Assembly (NCBI GenBank): GCA_051884875.1
Contig: JBJEWD010000025.1
Span: 58,514 to 122,513, forward strand
Direction of reading: 5' to 3'
Length of the DNA stretch: 64,000 bases
DNA from: Kiritimatiellia bacterium
GTDB lineage: Bacteria; Verrucomicrobiota; Kiritimatiellia; RFP12; UBA1067
In this document: one piece after another, positions 16,687 through 28,784 of the stretch
Position numbering within the stretch: position 1 is the stretch's first letter
Layout: each line of letters opens with the position of its first letter
Notes under the pieces: generated by a model
Databases searched by the model: none
What the model was told of the DNA's origin: nothing
The model's input: the letters and a program-made list of their open reading frames with translations, nothing else
Position numbers and translations under genes: made by a program

Positions 16687-18837
16687 ATGAAAAAATCTTA
16701 TAATCACACGGTCGCGTTCTGTATTCTTGTGGCTTTGGGGGCATTTCCCTCGATCGCCGCCATTGAACGCCTGCCATTCGATAAAGACTGGAAATTCCGT
16801 GTTGAGGGAACGGGCGCGTGGGAGGATATAGCGCTTCCTCATGACTGGTCGATCAAATCTTCCCCGTTTGAGGAGGCGATCACGGGTCGCGGCGGCGGTT
16901 ACTATCCAACCGGCACGGGTCTCTACATCAAGGAGTTTACGCTCACGGAAGAGGATGCCATGGCCGACCTGTGTCTCGTCTTTGATGGTGTCTATCGCCA
17001 AGCCGAGGTCTCGCTCAATGATCGGCGGGTCTTTGATGGGAGTGCCTACGGTTATACAGGCTTTGAGATTCCGTTGACATTCAACCCGAAGGGGCGCAAG
17101 GGCTGTCTTCGGGCTCAGGTTGGCGTGAATCATCTCCGCGTGGTTGTTCGTAACGGCGACCAGCCGAACTGTCGCTGGTATTCGGGCTCGGGTATCTTCC
17201 GTCATGTTTGGCTCGAAAAGCGCACGGGAGAATGGCCTGAGGACATCCGCGTGACGACCTCGAATAACGTGGCGACAATCTCCGGTCGCGTGGGTGGCAA
17301 AGCGGTGTCCCGGTCCTACACGGTTGAGAACGTCGAGCTGTGGTCGCCGGAGAATCCGAAACTGTACACGTTTGATTTCTACGGCGAACAGGTCAATGTC
17401 GGCTTTCGCACGCTTGCGTGGTCCTTTGAAACGGGCCTTGAATTGAATGGAAAGCCAATCAAACTGCATGGAGCCTGCGTTCATCACGATCATGGCCCCC
17501 TCGGTGCGGCGAGCTACGACGCGGCGGAACGGCGCAAGGTGCGCCAACTCAAGCGCGCGGGATTCAATGCCGTCCGCACATCGCACAATCCCGTTTCGAG
17601 AGCGTTCCTTGACGCGTGTGATGAGGAGGGGCTTCTGGTGATGAATGACCTCTTCGACGGTTGGCGCGCGCGGAAGAACATCCACGACTACCACGAGATC
17701 ATTGACCGCGATTGGAAAAAGGATCTTACGTGGATCCTGAAGCGTGACCGCAATCATCCCTCAATCGTGATGTGGTCCGTCGGAAACGAGGTCATTGAAA
17801 TCGACAAGCCCGAATGCATCCGCCTTGCACAGGCTATGGTGGAGATGTGTCACAAGATGGATGGGACACGTCCCGTTACCTCGGCGATTGACAACTGGAT
17901 GGATAAAAAGCGCAAGTGGCCGGCGATTGATCCCTTTGCCGATTCCTTCGACGTGGCGGGACTCAACTATCTCGAGCACCACGCGGCCGAGGATCGCGTT
18001 CGTAAACCCGGGCGGATGCACGTCTTCACGGAGACGTTTCCGAAGGACGCGATCCGCAACTGGCGACTCATCACCGAGCAATCCCAGCTGATGGGGGAGT
18101 TCGTGTGGACGGGCATCGACTATCTCGGAGAAGCGTCGATCGGCCGCTACTACTACAAGGGAGTTGAGCCGGACGGGCCGCACTTCACATCCAATCGTCT
18201 CTTCCCCTGGCACGGTGCCTATTGCGGAGATATTGATCTCACCGGGTGGCGCAAGCCGATTTCACATCTCCGTGAGACGCTTTGGAACGACAAGGCCCCC
18301 ACCTATCTCGCGACACGCGAACCGAACGGCTGGCGTGGTGACATCCAATTGACCGAGTGGGCGGTCTGGCCTACGTGGGAAAGCTGGAATTACGAGGGAT
18401 GGGAAGGGAAACCCGTGACGGTCGAAGTCTATAGCCGTCAACCCTCTGTGACGCTAAAGCTGAATGGGAAGGAGCTTGGCACGAAGACGAACGGGGCGGA
18501 GAATGGCTATTGTGTGACCTTCGAAGTTCCCTATGCGCCGGGCATTCTGAAGGCGGTTGCCGGCGATGAATGCGCTGTCCTGAAGACGGCGGGCGCGTTT
18601 GATCATTTCGTCTACGATGAAGAAACTGTGGGAGACCTCACCTGGGTGGTGGCGACGGCTGTTGATAAGGAGGGCACGGTGTGTCCTAATGCGGAGGTTG
18701 ATGTCACCTTTACGGGAGATGTCCTTGCGACCTGTAGTGCCAACATGAAGGACTCCGTGGCAGCACCTTCATGCACCCGCCGAACCTGGAAGGGTCGTGC
18801 TATGGCGGTCATCCGTAAAGGTAATGGGATATTCTAA
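16687..18837 (+). CDS. Glycoside hydrolase family 2 (beta-galactosidase/beta-glucuronidase-like)
   Basis: Contains PHDWSI, RWYSGSGIFRHVWLE, WSPENPKLY, NGKPIKLHGACVHHDHGPLGAA, NAVRTSHNP and MWSVGNEV. AGGAG lies upstream of the ATG. Confidence 0.85.
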   Translation: MKKSYNHTVAFCILVALGAFPSIAAIERLPFDKDWKFRVEGTGAWEDIALPHDWSIKSSPFEEAITGRGGGYYPTGTGLYIKEFTLTEEDAMADLCLVFDGVYRQAEVSLNDRRVFDGSAYGYTGFEIPLTFNPKGRKGCLRAQVGVNHLRVVVRNGDQPNCRWYSGSGIFRHVWLEKRTGEWPEDIRVTTSNNVATISGRVGGKAVSRSYTVENVELWSPENPKLYTFDFYGEQVNVGFRTLAWSFETGLELNGKPIKLHGACVHHDHGPLGAASYDAAERRKVRQLKRAGFNAVRTSHNPVSRAFLDACDEEGLLVMNDLFDGWRARKNIHDYHEIIDRDWKKDLTWILKRDRNHPSIVMWSVGNEVIEIDKPECIRLAQAMVEMCHKMDGTRPVTSAIDNWMDKKRKWPAIDPFADSFDVAGLNYLEHHAAEDRVRKPGRMHVFTETFPKDAIRNWRLITEQSQLMGEFVWTGIDYLGEASIGRYYYKGVEPDGPHFTSNRLFPWHGAYCGDIDLTGWRKPISHLRETLWNDKAPTYLATREPNGWRGDIQLTEWAVWPTWESWNYEGWEGKPVTVEVYSRQPSVTLKLNGKELGTKTNGAENGYCVTFEVPYAPGILKAVAGDECAVLKTAGAFDHFVYDEETVGDLTWVVATAVDKEGTVCPNAEVDVTFTGDVLATCSANMKDSVAAPSCTRRTWKGRAMAVIRKGNGIF

Positions 18838-18849
18838 AACACGCCGTTA

Positions 18850-18858
18850 TGATATAAT
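18850..18858 (+). promoter_or_regulatory. Extended -10 box TGATATAAT, 6 nt upstream of the kinase start codon
   Basis: The sequence reads TGATATAATtgggatGTG. Confidence 0.4.
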
Positions 18859-18864
18859 TGGGAT

Positions 18865-20322
18865 GTGCGAGTGATAATCACCACGCTTCTTGCCGCTGTC
18901 TTGGCGGCCTCACTCCCTGCCGATGAGGTGTCGGGACGTGAGTCCTATGAAGGCGTCGTGACCTTGCATCGTCCCGGCGACCAGTATTTCTTCGTTCATG
19001 CGGCGGACGGACGCAGCTGGCGCTGCGAGACGGGTTTTGAGATGCCGGGGCCGCAGGTCGGTGACGTCGTCTCGGTCACGGACGCCTATCTGGAGAACCC
19101 CAGGAAGCGCTTCACGACGCGTTCCTTCGGCGGCGAACTGAAGGTGATAGGCCACGACGAGAGCCTTCTGCCCGAACCCGTCTTCCTGTCGCTTCCCGCG
19201 ATGCGCCGGCTCGGCAAACGGCATCTTCCCGATCCTGACTATTATGCGAAGATCATCTATACCGAGGGTCTGGTCTATGACATCGTCCGGCGTGAGACGC
19301 AGACGGACATCCTCCTCAAGGATGGCGGGGTGAATCTGAAGGTGAGCGTCGTTGTGCCGCTCACCGCCCCGATGCCGTCGGAAATCAAGCTGGGCGCCTG
19401 CGTCCGCGTCCGGGGTGCCGTCGTCTACTCGCCCGTCCTCGACCGGCAGGGGGCGATTGCGGGCATTCGGAGCGTGTCCGTGCTGATGAGCGGCTTTGAC
19501 GACATCAAGGTCGTCGATCGTGCTCCGTGGTGGACGCCGATACGCATTCTAGTTGCGGCGGGCGTCCTCATCCTCATCCTTCTTGCAAGCTGGATCTGGG
19601 CGTTCATGTTGCGCCGTGCGGTCATCCGTCAGACGCAGTGCCTGGAGATCTCGATTCGCACCCATCACAACGAGCGGCTTGAGGCGGACGCCGCCCATCG
19701 CGAACGCCTGCGCCTGGCGGCCGAACTGCATGATGGGTTCCAGCAGCTGCTGGCGGGCGCGATGTTCCGCATCGATGCGGCCTTTGGCGCGCTCCCCGAC
19801 AATATCGCCGCGGCCATGCAGCAGCTCGCCGGTGCGCGCGACGCCCTCGAACATACCCAGACGGGGCTCCGGTCCGCGTTGTGGTCGATGATCGAGGAGT
19901 CCGAAGGGCCGGGTTCGCTGATGGGACTCTTTCGCTATGCCGCGGGGCGTTTGTGCCATTGGCGCGACCGCGTGTTCATCTCCGCTTCGGGTACGGAGGT
20001 CGCCTTCGCGCGGCGTGTGCGCGGCAGTCTTCTGATGGTGCTCCAGGAGGCGGTCGGCAACGCCCTCCGGCACGGACGCGCCACGCGCGTCGACGTGACG
20101 CTTGATTATCGCGCCGATCGTCTGGTGATGACGGTCGCCGACAACGGCTCGGGCTTTGATGTCGCCAACTGCGTGCAGGGCATCGGACGCGACAGCATGC
20201 GCCGGCGCGTGCAGGAGCTGAACGGCGAGTTCAGGATTACGAGCGAAATCGGGAAGGGGACGACCCTCACGGCGGAAGTCCCCTATCCGAAGATGTCGGA
20301 GGATTCCCATGTCCAAGGTTAA
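18865..20322 (+). CDS. Sensor histidine kinase (HisKA_3/NarX-type) with a periplasmic N-terminal domain
   Basis: H-box RLRLAAELHDGFQQ. ATPase motifs EAVGNALRHG and DNGSGFD...GIGRDSMRRRV...GKGTTL. A transmembrane segment follows the N-terminal domain. The start codon is GTG. Confidence 0.85.
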   Translation: MRVIITTLLAAVLAASLPADEVSGRESYEGVVTLHRPGDQYFFVHAADGRSWRCETGFEMPGPQVGDVVSVTDAYLENPRKRFTTRSFGGELKVIGHDESLLPEPVFLSLPAMRRLGKRHLPDPDYYAKIIYTEGLVYDIVRRETQTDILLKDGGVNLKVSVVVPLTAPMPSEIKLGACVRVRGAVVYSPVLDRQGAIAGIRSVSVLMSGFDDIKVVDRAPWWTPIRILVAAGVLILILLASWIWAFMLRRAVIRQTQCLEISIRTHHNERLEADAAHRERLRLAAELHDGFQQLLAGAMFRIDAAFGALPDNIAAAMQQLAGARDALEHTQTGLRSALWSMIEESEGPGSLMGLFRYAAGRLCHWRDRVFISASGTEVAFARRVRGSLLMVLQEAVGNALRHGRATRVDVTLDYRADRLVMTVADNGSGFDVANCVQGIGRDSMRRRVQELNGEFRITSEIGKGTTLTAEVPYPKMSEDSHVQG

Positions 20323-20920
20323 GGTTCTGATTGTCGACGATCATCCGATCGTGAGGGACGGACTCGAGGCCATGCTCTCCTTCCGCCCGGGCTTTGCCAT
20401 CGCGGGCAAGATGGCGACGGGCGAGGAGGCCGTTGCGTGCATCCGCCGGCAGGGCGCTCCCGATGTGGTGTTGATGGATATCCGCATGCCGGGGATGGAT
20501 GGCTTCGAGACGCTGGTGAAGATGCAGCGCTTCTATCCCGACATCCGCGTTCTCCTGCTGGCGGGCATGCCGCTTCACGCCGAGGAGGAGAAGGCCCGGA
20601 CGCTGCGTGCCGGCGGCTATCTTCCCAAGAGCGCGTCGCAGATCGTGATCTGCGACGCGCTCAAGACGATTGCCAGGGACAAGAATGCGTTTCTTACCGA
20701 CGAATGGAAGCCGACCTTCGAAAGCCCGCTTACCACGCGCGAGCAGGAGGTGCTGCAGGCGCTGGCGGGCGGTTATTCGCGTGAAGAGGTCGGCGATCGG
20801 CTCGGCATTGCGCATGAGACCGTCAAGGCCCATGCGAAGAACATCCTCCTGAAAATGGAGGCGCCGAACATGCCCAACGCCATCGCGAAGGGCTTCCAGC
20901 TCGGCATCCTCCGCGCGTAA
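20309..20920 (+). CDS. Response regulator, NarL/LuxR family
   Basis: Receiver domain (KVLIVDDHPIVRDGL...DVVLMDIRMPGMDG) and a LuxR-type HTH (LTTREQEVLQALAGGYSREEVGDRLGIAHETVKAHAKNIL). It overlaps the kinase gene by 14 nt. Confidence 0.9.
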   Translation: MSKVKVLIVDDHPIVRDGLEAMLSFRPGFAIAGKMATGEEAVACIRRQGAPDVVLMDIRMPGMDGFETLVKMQRFYPDIRVLLLAGMPLHAEEEKARTLRAGGYLPKSASQIVICDALKTIARDKNAFLTDEWKPTFESPLTTREQEVLQALAGGYSREEVGDRLGIAHETVKAHAKNILLKMEAPNMPNAIAKGFQLGILRA

Positions 20921-20939
20921 CGCGGCGCGAAATGCCGCA

Positions 20940-21320
20940 TCAGGGGAGGGGTACGCTTCGCTGGGGGTGAGGGCATCAGGGGTACGCTTCGCTGGGGGTG
21001 AGGGCATTAGGGTTGCGTCAGCGACGTTCAGCACAGGTCTCTCCCTCCAATGTGGACATTCCATCATTTTTTCCTCGGAACGTTTCGATGTGCTTGCTCG
21101 CAATCGCGACGCAGGCGTCGGCTAACTTCTTTGGGGCAAGCCCAAACCCTGGCGCCCTCACCCCCGGCGAAGCGCACCCCTGCTGCGGGTTAGTCGGTTC
21201 GCGGCGGGGAACGAGCCGCGCAACCCTGCCGCCCTCACCCCCAGCGAAGCGTACCCCTGCTGCGGGTTAGTCGGTTCGCGGCGAGGGACGCGCCGCGCAA
21301 CCGACTAACCCATTACCTTT
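20940..21320. repeat. Cluster of family-A REP-like elements (at least four core copies, two hairpins)
   Basis: The core GGGGTACGCTTCGCTGGGGGTGAGGGC occurs twice at 20948-21005. The inverse core CCCTCACCCCCAGCGAAGCGTACCCCTGCTGCGGGTTAGTCGGTT occurs twice at 21160-21310, each with a hairpin. Confidence 0.8.
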
Positions 21321-21347
21321 TGGGGGTATGCGGCGACAACCCGCATG

Positions 21348-24494
<3,147 letters not shown>

Positions 24495-24497
24495 AAG

Positions 24498-24506
24498 TGG
24501 TATAAT
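24498..24506 (+). promoter_or_regulatory. Extended -10 box TGGTATAAT, 6 nt upstream of the proB ATG
   Basis: The sequence reads TGGTATAATacccgcATG. Confidence 0.45.
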
Positions 24507-24512
24507 ACCCGC

Positions 24513-25271
24513 ATGAGAGTTGTCGTCAAGGTTGGTACGCACGCGATCGCGAAGAAGACGGGGCGCCCGGATTATCCGGCGCTTCGGCGTCTGGTCGCCC
24601 AGCTGTGCGCGGTTCGCGCGGCGGGGCATGAGGTCCTTTTCGTTTCCTCGGGCGCGGTGGCGGCCGGTGTCGAGGCCCTGGGGCTTTCGGCCCGCCCGAC
24701 GGACGTCAACGAGATCCAGATGTGTGCGGCGGTCGGGCAGGCCCGCTTCATCTACGAGTATGAAAAGCTCTTCGCGGAGCATGGCGTCAAAATCGGGCAG
24801 ATCCTCCTCACGCACTACGAGTTCGAGGACCACCGCCGCGCGCAGAACGTGAGAACCTCGCTCGACCGTCTCGTGCGCGCCGGCATCGTCCCGATCATCA
24901 ACGAGAACGACGTCGTCGTGGACGAAGAGCTCAAGGGCAAGACCTTCAGCGACAACGATTGGCTGAGCTTCCTCATCGCCAGGCTCGTCAGGGCCGATAC
25001 GCTCATTCTGCTCACGACGGTGGACGGGCTTCTCGACGCGAACCGGAAGCGCATCCCGCGCGTTGATTCGTTCAGGAATGTCCTCCGGCTCGTCCATGCG
25101 GGTGAAAAGGGCAGACTTTCCAAGGGCGGCATGGACTCGAAACTCAAGGCCGTCAAGGCGGCCGTCGAGGCGGGCGTCGATACCTACATCGCGAACGGCC
25201 GCAAGTCCGTGCTGCTGCCGCTTCTCGCGGGCAAGTCCGTCGGGACCTTCTTCCCGGGCAGCGCGCTCTAG
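24513..25271 (+). CDS. proB: Glutamate 5-kinase (short form, no PUA domain)
   Basis: Contains VVKVGTHAI...VLFVSSGAVAAG...IVPIINENDVV. The 252-aa length matches an amino-acid-kinase fold only. Confidence 0.8.
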   Translation: MRVVVKVGTHAIAKKTGRPDYPALRRLVAQLCAVRAAGHEVLFVSSGAVAAGVEALGLSARPTDVNEIQMCAAVGQARFIYEYEKLFAEHGVKIGQILLTHYEFEDHRRAQNVRTSLDRLVRAGIVPIINENDVVVDEELKGKTFSDNDWLSFLIARLVRADTLILLTTVDGLLDANRKRIPRVDSFRNVLRLVHAGEKGRLSKGGMDSKLKAVKAAVEAGVDTYIANGRKSVLLPLLAGKSVGTFFPGSAL

Positions 25272-25294
25272 GCATTTCGGGTGGACGCATAGGT

Positions 25295-26506
25295 ATGGAG
25301 ACCGCACTTCTGATCGTCGGCCTTGCGCTGGCCGTGGCCGTGGCACTGGGGCTCGCGTTCCGCCGTCCGGCGGGCGTTTCGTCCGAGGAGGTCGGCCGCC
25401 TCCTGGCGGCGGAGGACGCCAAGTTCAACGAGCTGCTGTCGGCGGCGAAGGAGACCCACGCGGCGAACGTGCGTGCGCTGCGGCAGGAATTCGCCGCGCT
25501 CGCGGCCGAGATGCTGACGGGCAAGGTGGAGCAGCTGTCGCGCGAGAACGCGAAGAACGTGAAGCCGCTGTTCGATCAGCTGAAGATCACCTTCGACGAA
25601 CTGAAGACCGCCTCGGAGTCCGCCCGCGAAGCCAATGTGAAGTTGGGCGAAAGCCTGCGGGGGAAGCTGGACGAGGTCGGATTCAAGGCGCAGTCCCTCG
25701 GGCGCCAGGCCGATGAATTCGTCGCCGCCCTGCGCGGCGGGAACAAGGTGCAGGGCAACTGGGGCGAGGGCATTCTCGCGAAGGTGCTGGAGGATGCGGG
25801 CCTCCGGCGCGGGGAGAATTTCGTCGAGCAGACGGGGGCGCAGGGCGCGGGGCTGCCCGACGTCACGGTCTTCGACGGCGCCCACCGGCGCATCCTCATC
25901 GACGCAAAGGTCAACATCACGTCTTTCATCGAGGCGGTCAACGCCGATAAGGAGGGGCGGCGGGAGGATGCCGCGCGGGCGATGAAGGAGCACGCGAAGA
26001 GCGTGCGCCAGCAGGTCAGGAATCTCGCGGACAGGCAGTATCCGGTTCGGCTGAAGGAGAAGGATGCCGATCCGGCGGCGGACTATTCCGACATTGTCAT
26101 CATGATGATGCCGAGCGAGGCGACCTATGCGGCGGCGGTGACCGCCGACCCGGCGCTCATCGCCTACGCCAACGCGCAGAAGGTGGTGCTGGCCGCGCCG
26201 CAGATGCTCTTCGGTTATCTCGTCCTCTTCAAGATGGGGCTGGATCGTCTGCAGGTCGATCGCCACAATCAGGAGATCGGCAGATGCGCGGAGCGTATCG
26301 TCGAGCGGATGGATGCCGCGCTGGCGGAACTGGAGGCGGCCGGCAAGGCGCTGGGGGATGCGCAGAACCGCTACGCCACGGCGCTCGGCCGGCTGGGCAA
26401 CGGCACCAACAATCAGAACGTGCTGACCCCCGCGAAGGAAATCCTGCGTCTCGTGGGCGCCAAGAAACCGCTCAAATCCGCCGCCTTGCGGGATGGGACG
26501 GCCTAA
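25295..26506 (+). CDS. rmuC: DNA recombination protein RmuC
   Basis: N-terminal transmembrane segment, a coiled region, then GNWGEGILAKVLEDAGLRRGENF...PDVTVF...ILIDAKV...VIMMMPSE, which is typical of RmuC. Confidence 0.85.
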   Translation: METALLIVGLALAVAVALGLAFRRPAGVSSEEVGRLLAAEDAKFNELLSAAKETHAANVRALRQEFAALAAEMLTGKVEQLSRENAKNVKPLFDQLKITFDELKTASESAREANVKLGESLRGKLDEVGFKAQSLGRQADEFVAALRGGNKVQGNWGEGILAKVLEDAGLRRGENFVEQTGAQGAGLPDVTVFDGAHRRILIDAKVNITSFIEAVNADKEGRREDAARAMKEHAKSVRQQVRNLADRQYPVRLKEKDADPAADYSDIVIMMMPSEATYAAAVTADPALIAYANAQKVVLAAPQMLFGYLVLFKMGLDRLQVDRHNQEIGRCAERIVERMDAALAELEAAGKALGDAQNRYATALGRLGNGTNNQNVLTPAKEILRLVGAKKPLKSAALRDGTA

Positions 26507-26510
26507 GGTC

Positions 26511-26549
26511 GGAACGGGTTCCCGAGTTCCTCCGTTTTTTTTTGGTATA
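26511..26549 (+). terminator. Possible intrinsic terminator after rmuC (weak stem, T9 tract)
   Basis: GGAAC...GTTCC forms a short stem and is followed by tccgTTTTTTTTT. The T tract abuts the next promoter box. Confidence 0.4.
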
Positions 26550-26551
26550 AT
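26543..26551 (+). promoter_or_regulatory. Extended -10 box TGGTATAAT, 9 nt upstream of the phosphofructokinase ATG
   Basis: The sequence reads TGGTATAATcttgccgctATG. Confidence 0.45.
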
Positions 26552-26560
26552 CTTGCCGCT

Positions 26561-27745
26561 ATGAAAAAGATGAATATGGTCATCGCCCAGTCGGGCGGCC
26601 CCTCGATGGTCATTAACCAGTCGCTCGTCGGTGCGGTTCTCGAAGCCCGCGGCAGTGCGCGGATCGGGAAGATCCTCGGTGCGCGGCATGGGATTCTCGG
26701 CATCCTCGGCAACGATTACATCGATCTGCGCAAGCCGTCGGTGAAGAAGCTGGAGGCCATCGCCGAAACGCCCTCGTCGGCCCTCGGCAGCTGCCGCCGG
26801 AAACCGGATGCGGACGACTGCAAGGCCATTTTCGAGGAATTCCGCAAGCTGAACGTCGGCTACTTCTTCTATATCGGCGGCAACGATTCCGCCGATGCCG
26901 CGCGCATCGTTGCGGAAGAGGCCGAGGCGGCGGACTATCCGCTCGTCGTCTACCATGTCCCGAAGACGATCGACAACGACCTCCGGAGCTGCGACCATAC
27001 GCCGGGCTTCGGTTCGGCGGCGCGTTTCGTCGCGAGTGCGATCCGGGGCGACGATCTCGACAACCGCGCCCTCGGCGGCGTGAAGATCGATATCATCATG
27101 GGGCGCGATGCGGGCTTTCTGACGGCGGCGTCGGCGCTCGCGCGTGTCCATGAGGACGACGGCCCGCATCTCATCTACCTGCCCGAGGTGCCGTTCTCCG
27201 AGGAGAAGTTCATCAAGGACGTCCGGGCGGCGATGAAGAAGTACGGTCGCTGCGTCTGCGCGATTTCCGAAGGCATTCGCGGCAAGGACGGCGTGCCGAT
27301 GGGCGCAAAGCTCGGTTCGGGCGAGACGGACAGCCACGGCAACGTCCAGATGTCGGGTACGGGGGCGCTGGGTGATGCACTCGCGACCGTGCTCAAGACG
27401 AAGGCCGCGATCAAGCGCGTGCGCGCCGACACGTTCGGCTATCTGCAGCGTTCGTTCCCCGGCATCGCCTCGAAGGTCGATCAGGCCGAGGCCCGTGCGG
27501 TCGGCATCGCGGCGGTCAAGGCGGCGCTCAAGGGCGAACGGACGAAGGGCACCATCGCCATCGTGCGCGCACCGGGCAGGAAGTACAAGGTGGCGTTCGA
27601 ACCCGTTGCCATCCAGAACGCGGCGAAATACACGCGGTCGGTTCCGGCGGCGTACATTGCGAAGAATGGTCACGACGTGACGCCGGCGTTCATCGACTAC
27701 GCCAGGCCCATCGTCGGCGAACTTCCGAAGTGCGCAATCTTCTGA
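26561..27745 (+). CDS. pfp: Phosphofructokinase (PfkA family), predicted pyrophosphate-dependent type
   Basis: Contains SGGPS...YIGGNDSA...VPKTIDNDL...TPGFGSAA. Asp and Lys occupy the two positions that are Gly in ATP-dependent PFK. Confidence 0.75.
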   Translation: MKKMNMVIAQSGGPSMVINQSLVGAVLEARGSARIGKILGARHGILGILGNDYIDLRKPSVKKLEAIAETPSSALGSCRRKPDADDCKAIFEEFRKLNVGYFFYIGGNDSADAARIVAEEAEAADYPLVVYHVPKTIDNDLRSCDHTPGFGSAARFVASAIRGDDLDNRALGGVKIDIIMGRDAGFLTAASALARVHEDDGPHLIYLPEVPFSEEKFIKDVRAAMKKYGRCVCAISEGIRGKDGVPMGAKLGSGETDSHGNVQMSGTGALGDALATVLKTKAAIKRVRADTFGYLQRSFPGIASKVDQAEARAVGIAAVKAALKGERTKGTIAIVRAPGRKYKVAFEPVAIQNAAKYTRSVPAAYIAKNGHDVTPAFIDYARPIVGELPKCAIF

Positions 27746-27849
27746 GACGCCAGGCGCCGGGCGGCAAACCCCCGGTGGCGGGCGCAGAAGCCGCGGTGCA
27801 CCCAGCCGGTGACGCAAGGCCGGGGGCTGGTGCACGCGCGCGGCGTTTT

Positions 27850-27858
27850 TGATATAAT
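27850..27858 (+). promoter_or_regulatory. Extended -10 box TGATATAAT, 8 nt upstream of the TPR-gene ATG
   Basis: The sequence reads TGATATAATatgccgcaATG. Confidence 0.45.
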
Positions 27859-27866
27859 ATGCCGCA

Positions 27867-28784
27867 ATGAACAAGTTTTGCGCCGTATTTGTCATTTGTT
27901 TCGTCAGTCTGGCCTCGCAGGGGGCCTGGTACTGGCCGTTTGGCGGCAAGGGCGGGGATCCGGCCAAACCGCGCATTTCCGAACTGATGGAACCGGCATC
28001 GCTGCTCATAGACTCGGCGGCGGATTACGCCGAGTCGGGCAGGATCGAAGAGGCCGTCGGGGCCTACCGCAAGGCTCTGGCGGAGCTTGACCGCATCGAG
28101 TACGAGAATCCCGATCGCGTCGGCACGCCTGATTTCGCGACCGTCAACAACAAGCGGGCCTATGTGGACGCCGCCATCGATTCCCTGCTGCTCAAGCAGG
28201 CGATGCAGAACGCGAAGGCGGTGGCCATTTCCGATACGACGGAGCTCGAGAAGAGGTATGCGCGGCTGAAAGGCCGGGACGTCCCCGCCGAAGAGCCGGC
28301 GCCGGCGGCGAAGAGACCGGTGGCGGAGAAACCGGCCGCGACCCGCAATCCGGCGGTCGGGTCCGCCCCGGCGGAATCCGTCGCGCCGGCGGCGAAACCG
28401 GATGCGGCGGGGAAGAAGGAGGCGGTCGATTCGACGAGTCGCAAGGCGCGGCTCATGCTGGCGTTGGAGGATCTGCGCGCAAAGGACTATGAGGCGGCGA
28501 AGCTGACCTTGAAGGCCTTGCTCGCCGAGAAGCCCAACGATGCGGCGGCGCTGAACATACGGGCGGCCGTCGAGTCGGGAATGGGCGACTACAAGGCGGC
28601 CGAACGCACGCTCGACCAGGCCATCCGGTCCAATCCGCGCAGCCACCATGCCTTCTACAACATGGCGCGGCTCTTCATCCGCACGCGCGGGGCGGACGGC
28701 AAGGACTCGGCGCGGCGTTACTATGAGGCGGGGCGCACGTTAGGCGGGCCCGTCGATGCCGAGTTGGAGGGGTTGCTCAGATGA
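27867..28784 (+). CDS. Secreted TPR-repeat protein
   Basis: Signal-like N-terminus. TPR-like helices (EEAVGAYRKALAEL..., YEAAKLTLKALLAEKPNDAAALNIRAAVESGMGDYKAAERTLDQAIRSNPRSHHAFYNMARL). Confidence 0.7.
   Translation: MNKFCAVFVICFVSLASQGAWYWPFGGKGGDPAKPRISELMEPASLLIDSAADYAESGRIEEAVGAYRKALAELDRIEYENPDRVGTPDFATVNNKRAYVDAAIDSLLLKQAMQNAKAVAISDTTELEKRYARLKGRDVPAEEPAPAAKRPVAEKPAATRNPAVGSAPAESVAPAAKPDAAGKKEAVDSTSRKARLMLALEDLRAKDYEAAKLTLKALLAEKPNDAAALNIRAAVESGMGDYKAAERTLDQAIRSNPRSHHAFYNMARLFIRTRGADGKDSARRYYEAGRTLGGPVDAELEGLLR

Noticed and set aside
13648-17757. Very long ORFs antisense to, or out of frame with, recognised genes. Examples are 986..3241(+), 13648..17757(-), 21267..25346(-), 25268..28009(-), 30225..32096(-), 34349..36658(-), 41989..44013(-), 50338..53847(-), 53908..55428(-), 55416..57257(-) and 58872..63134(-).
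   Set aside because: They are extremely rich in Arg, Gly, Pro and His with low-complexity composition, and they have no recognisable motifs. Each lies opposite to, or out of frame with, a gene that has clear family signatures. These are typical stop-poor shadow frames of high-GC DNA.
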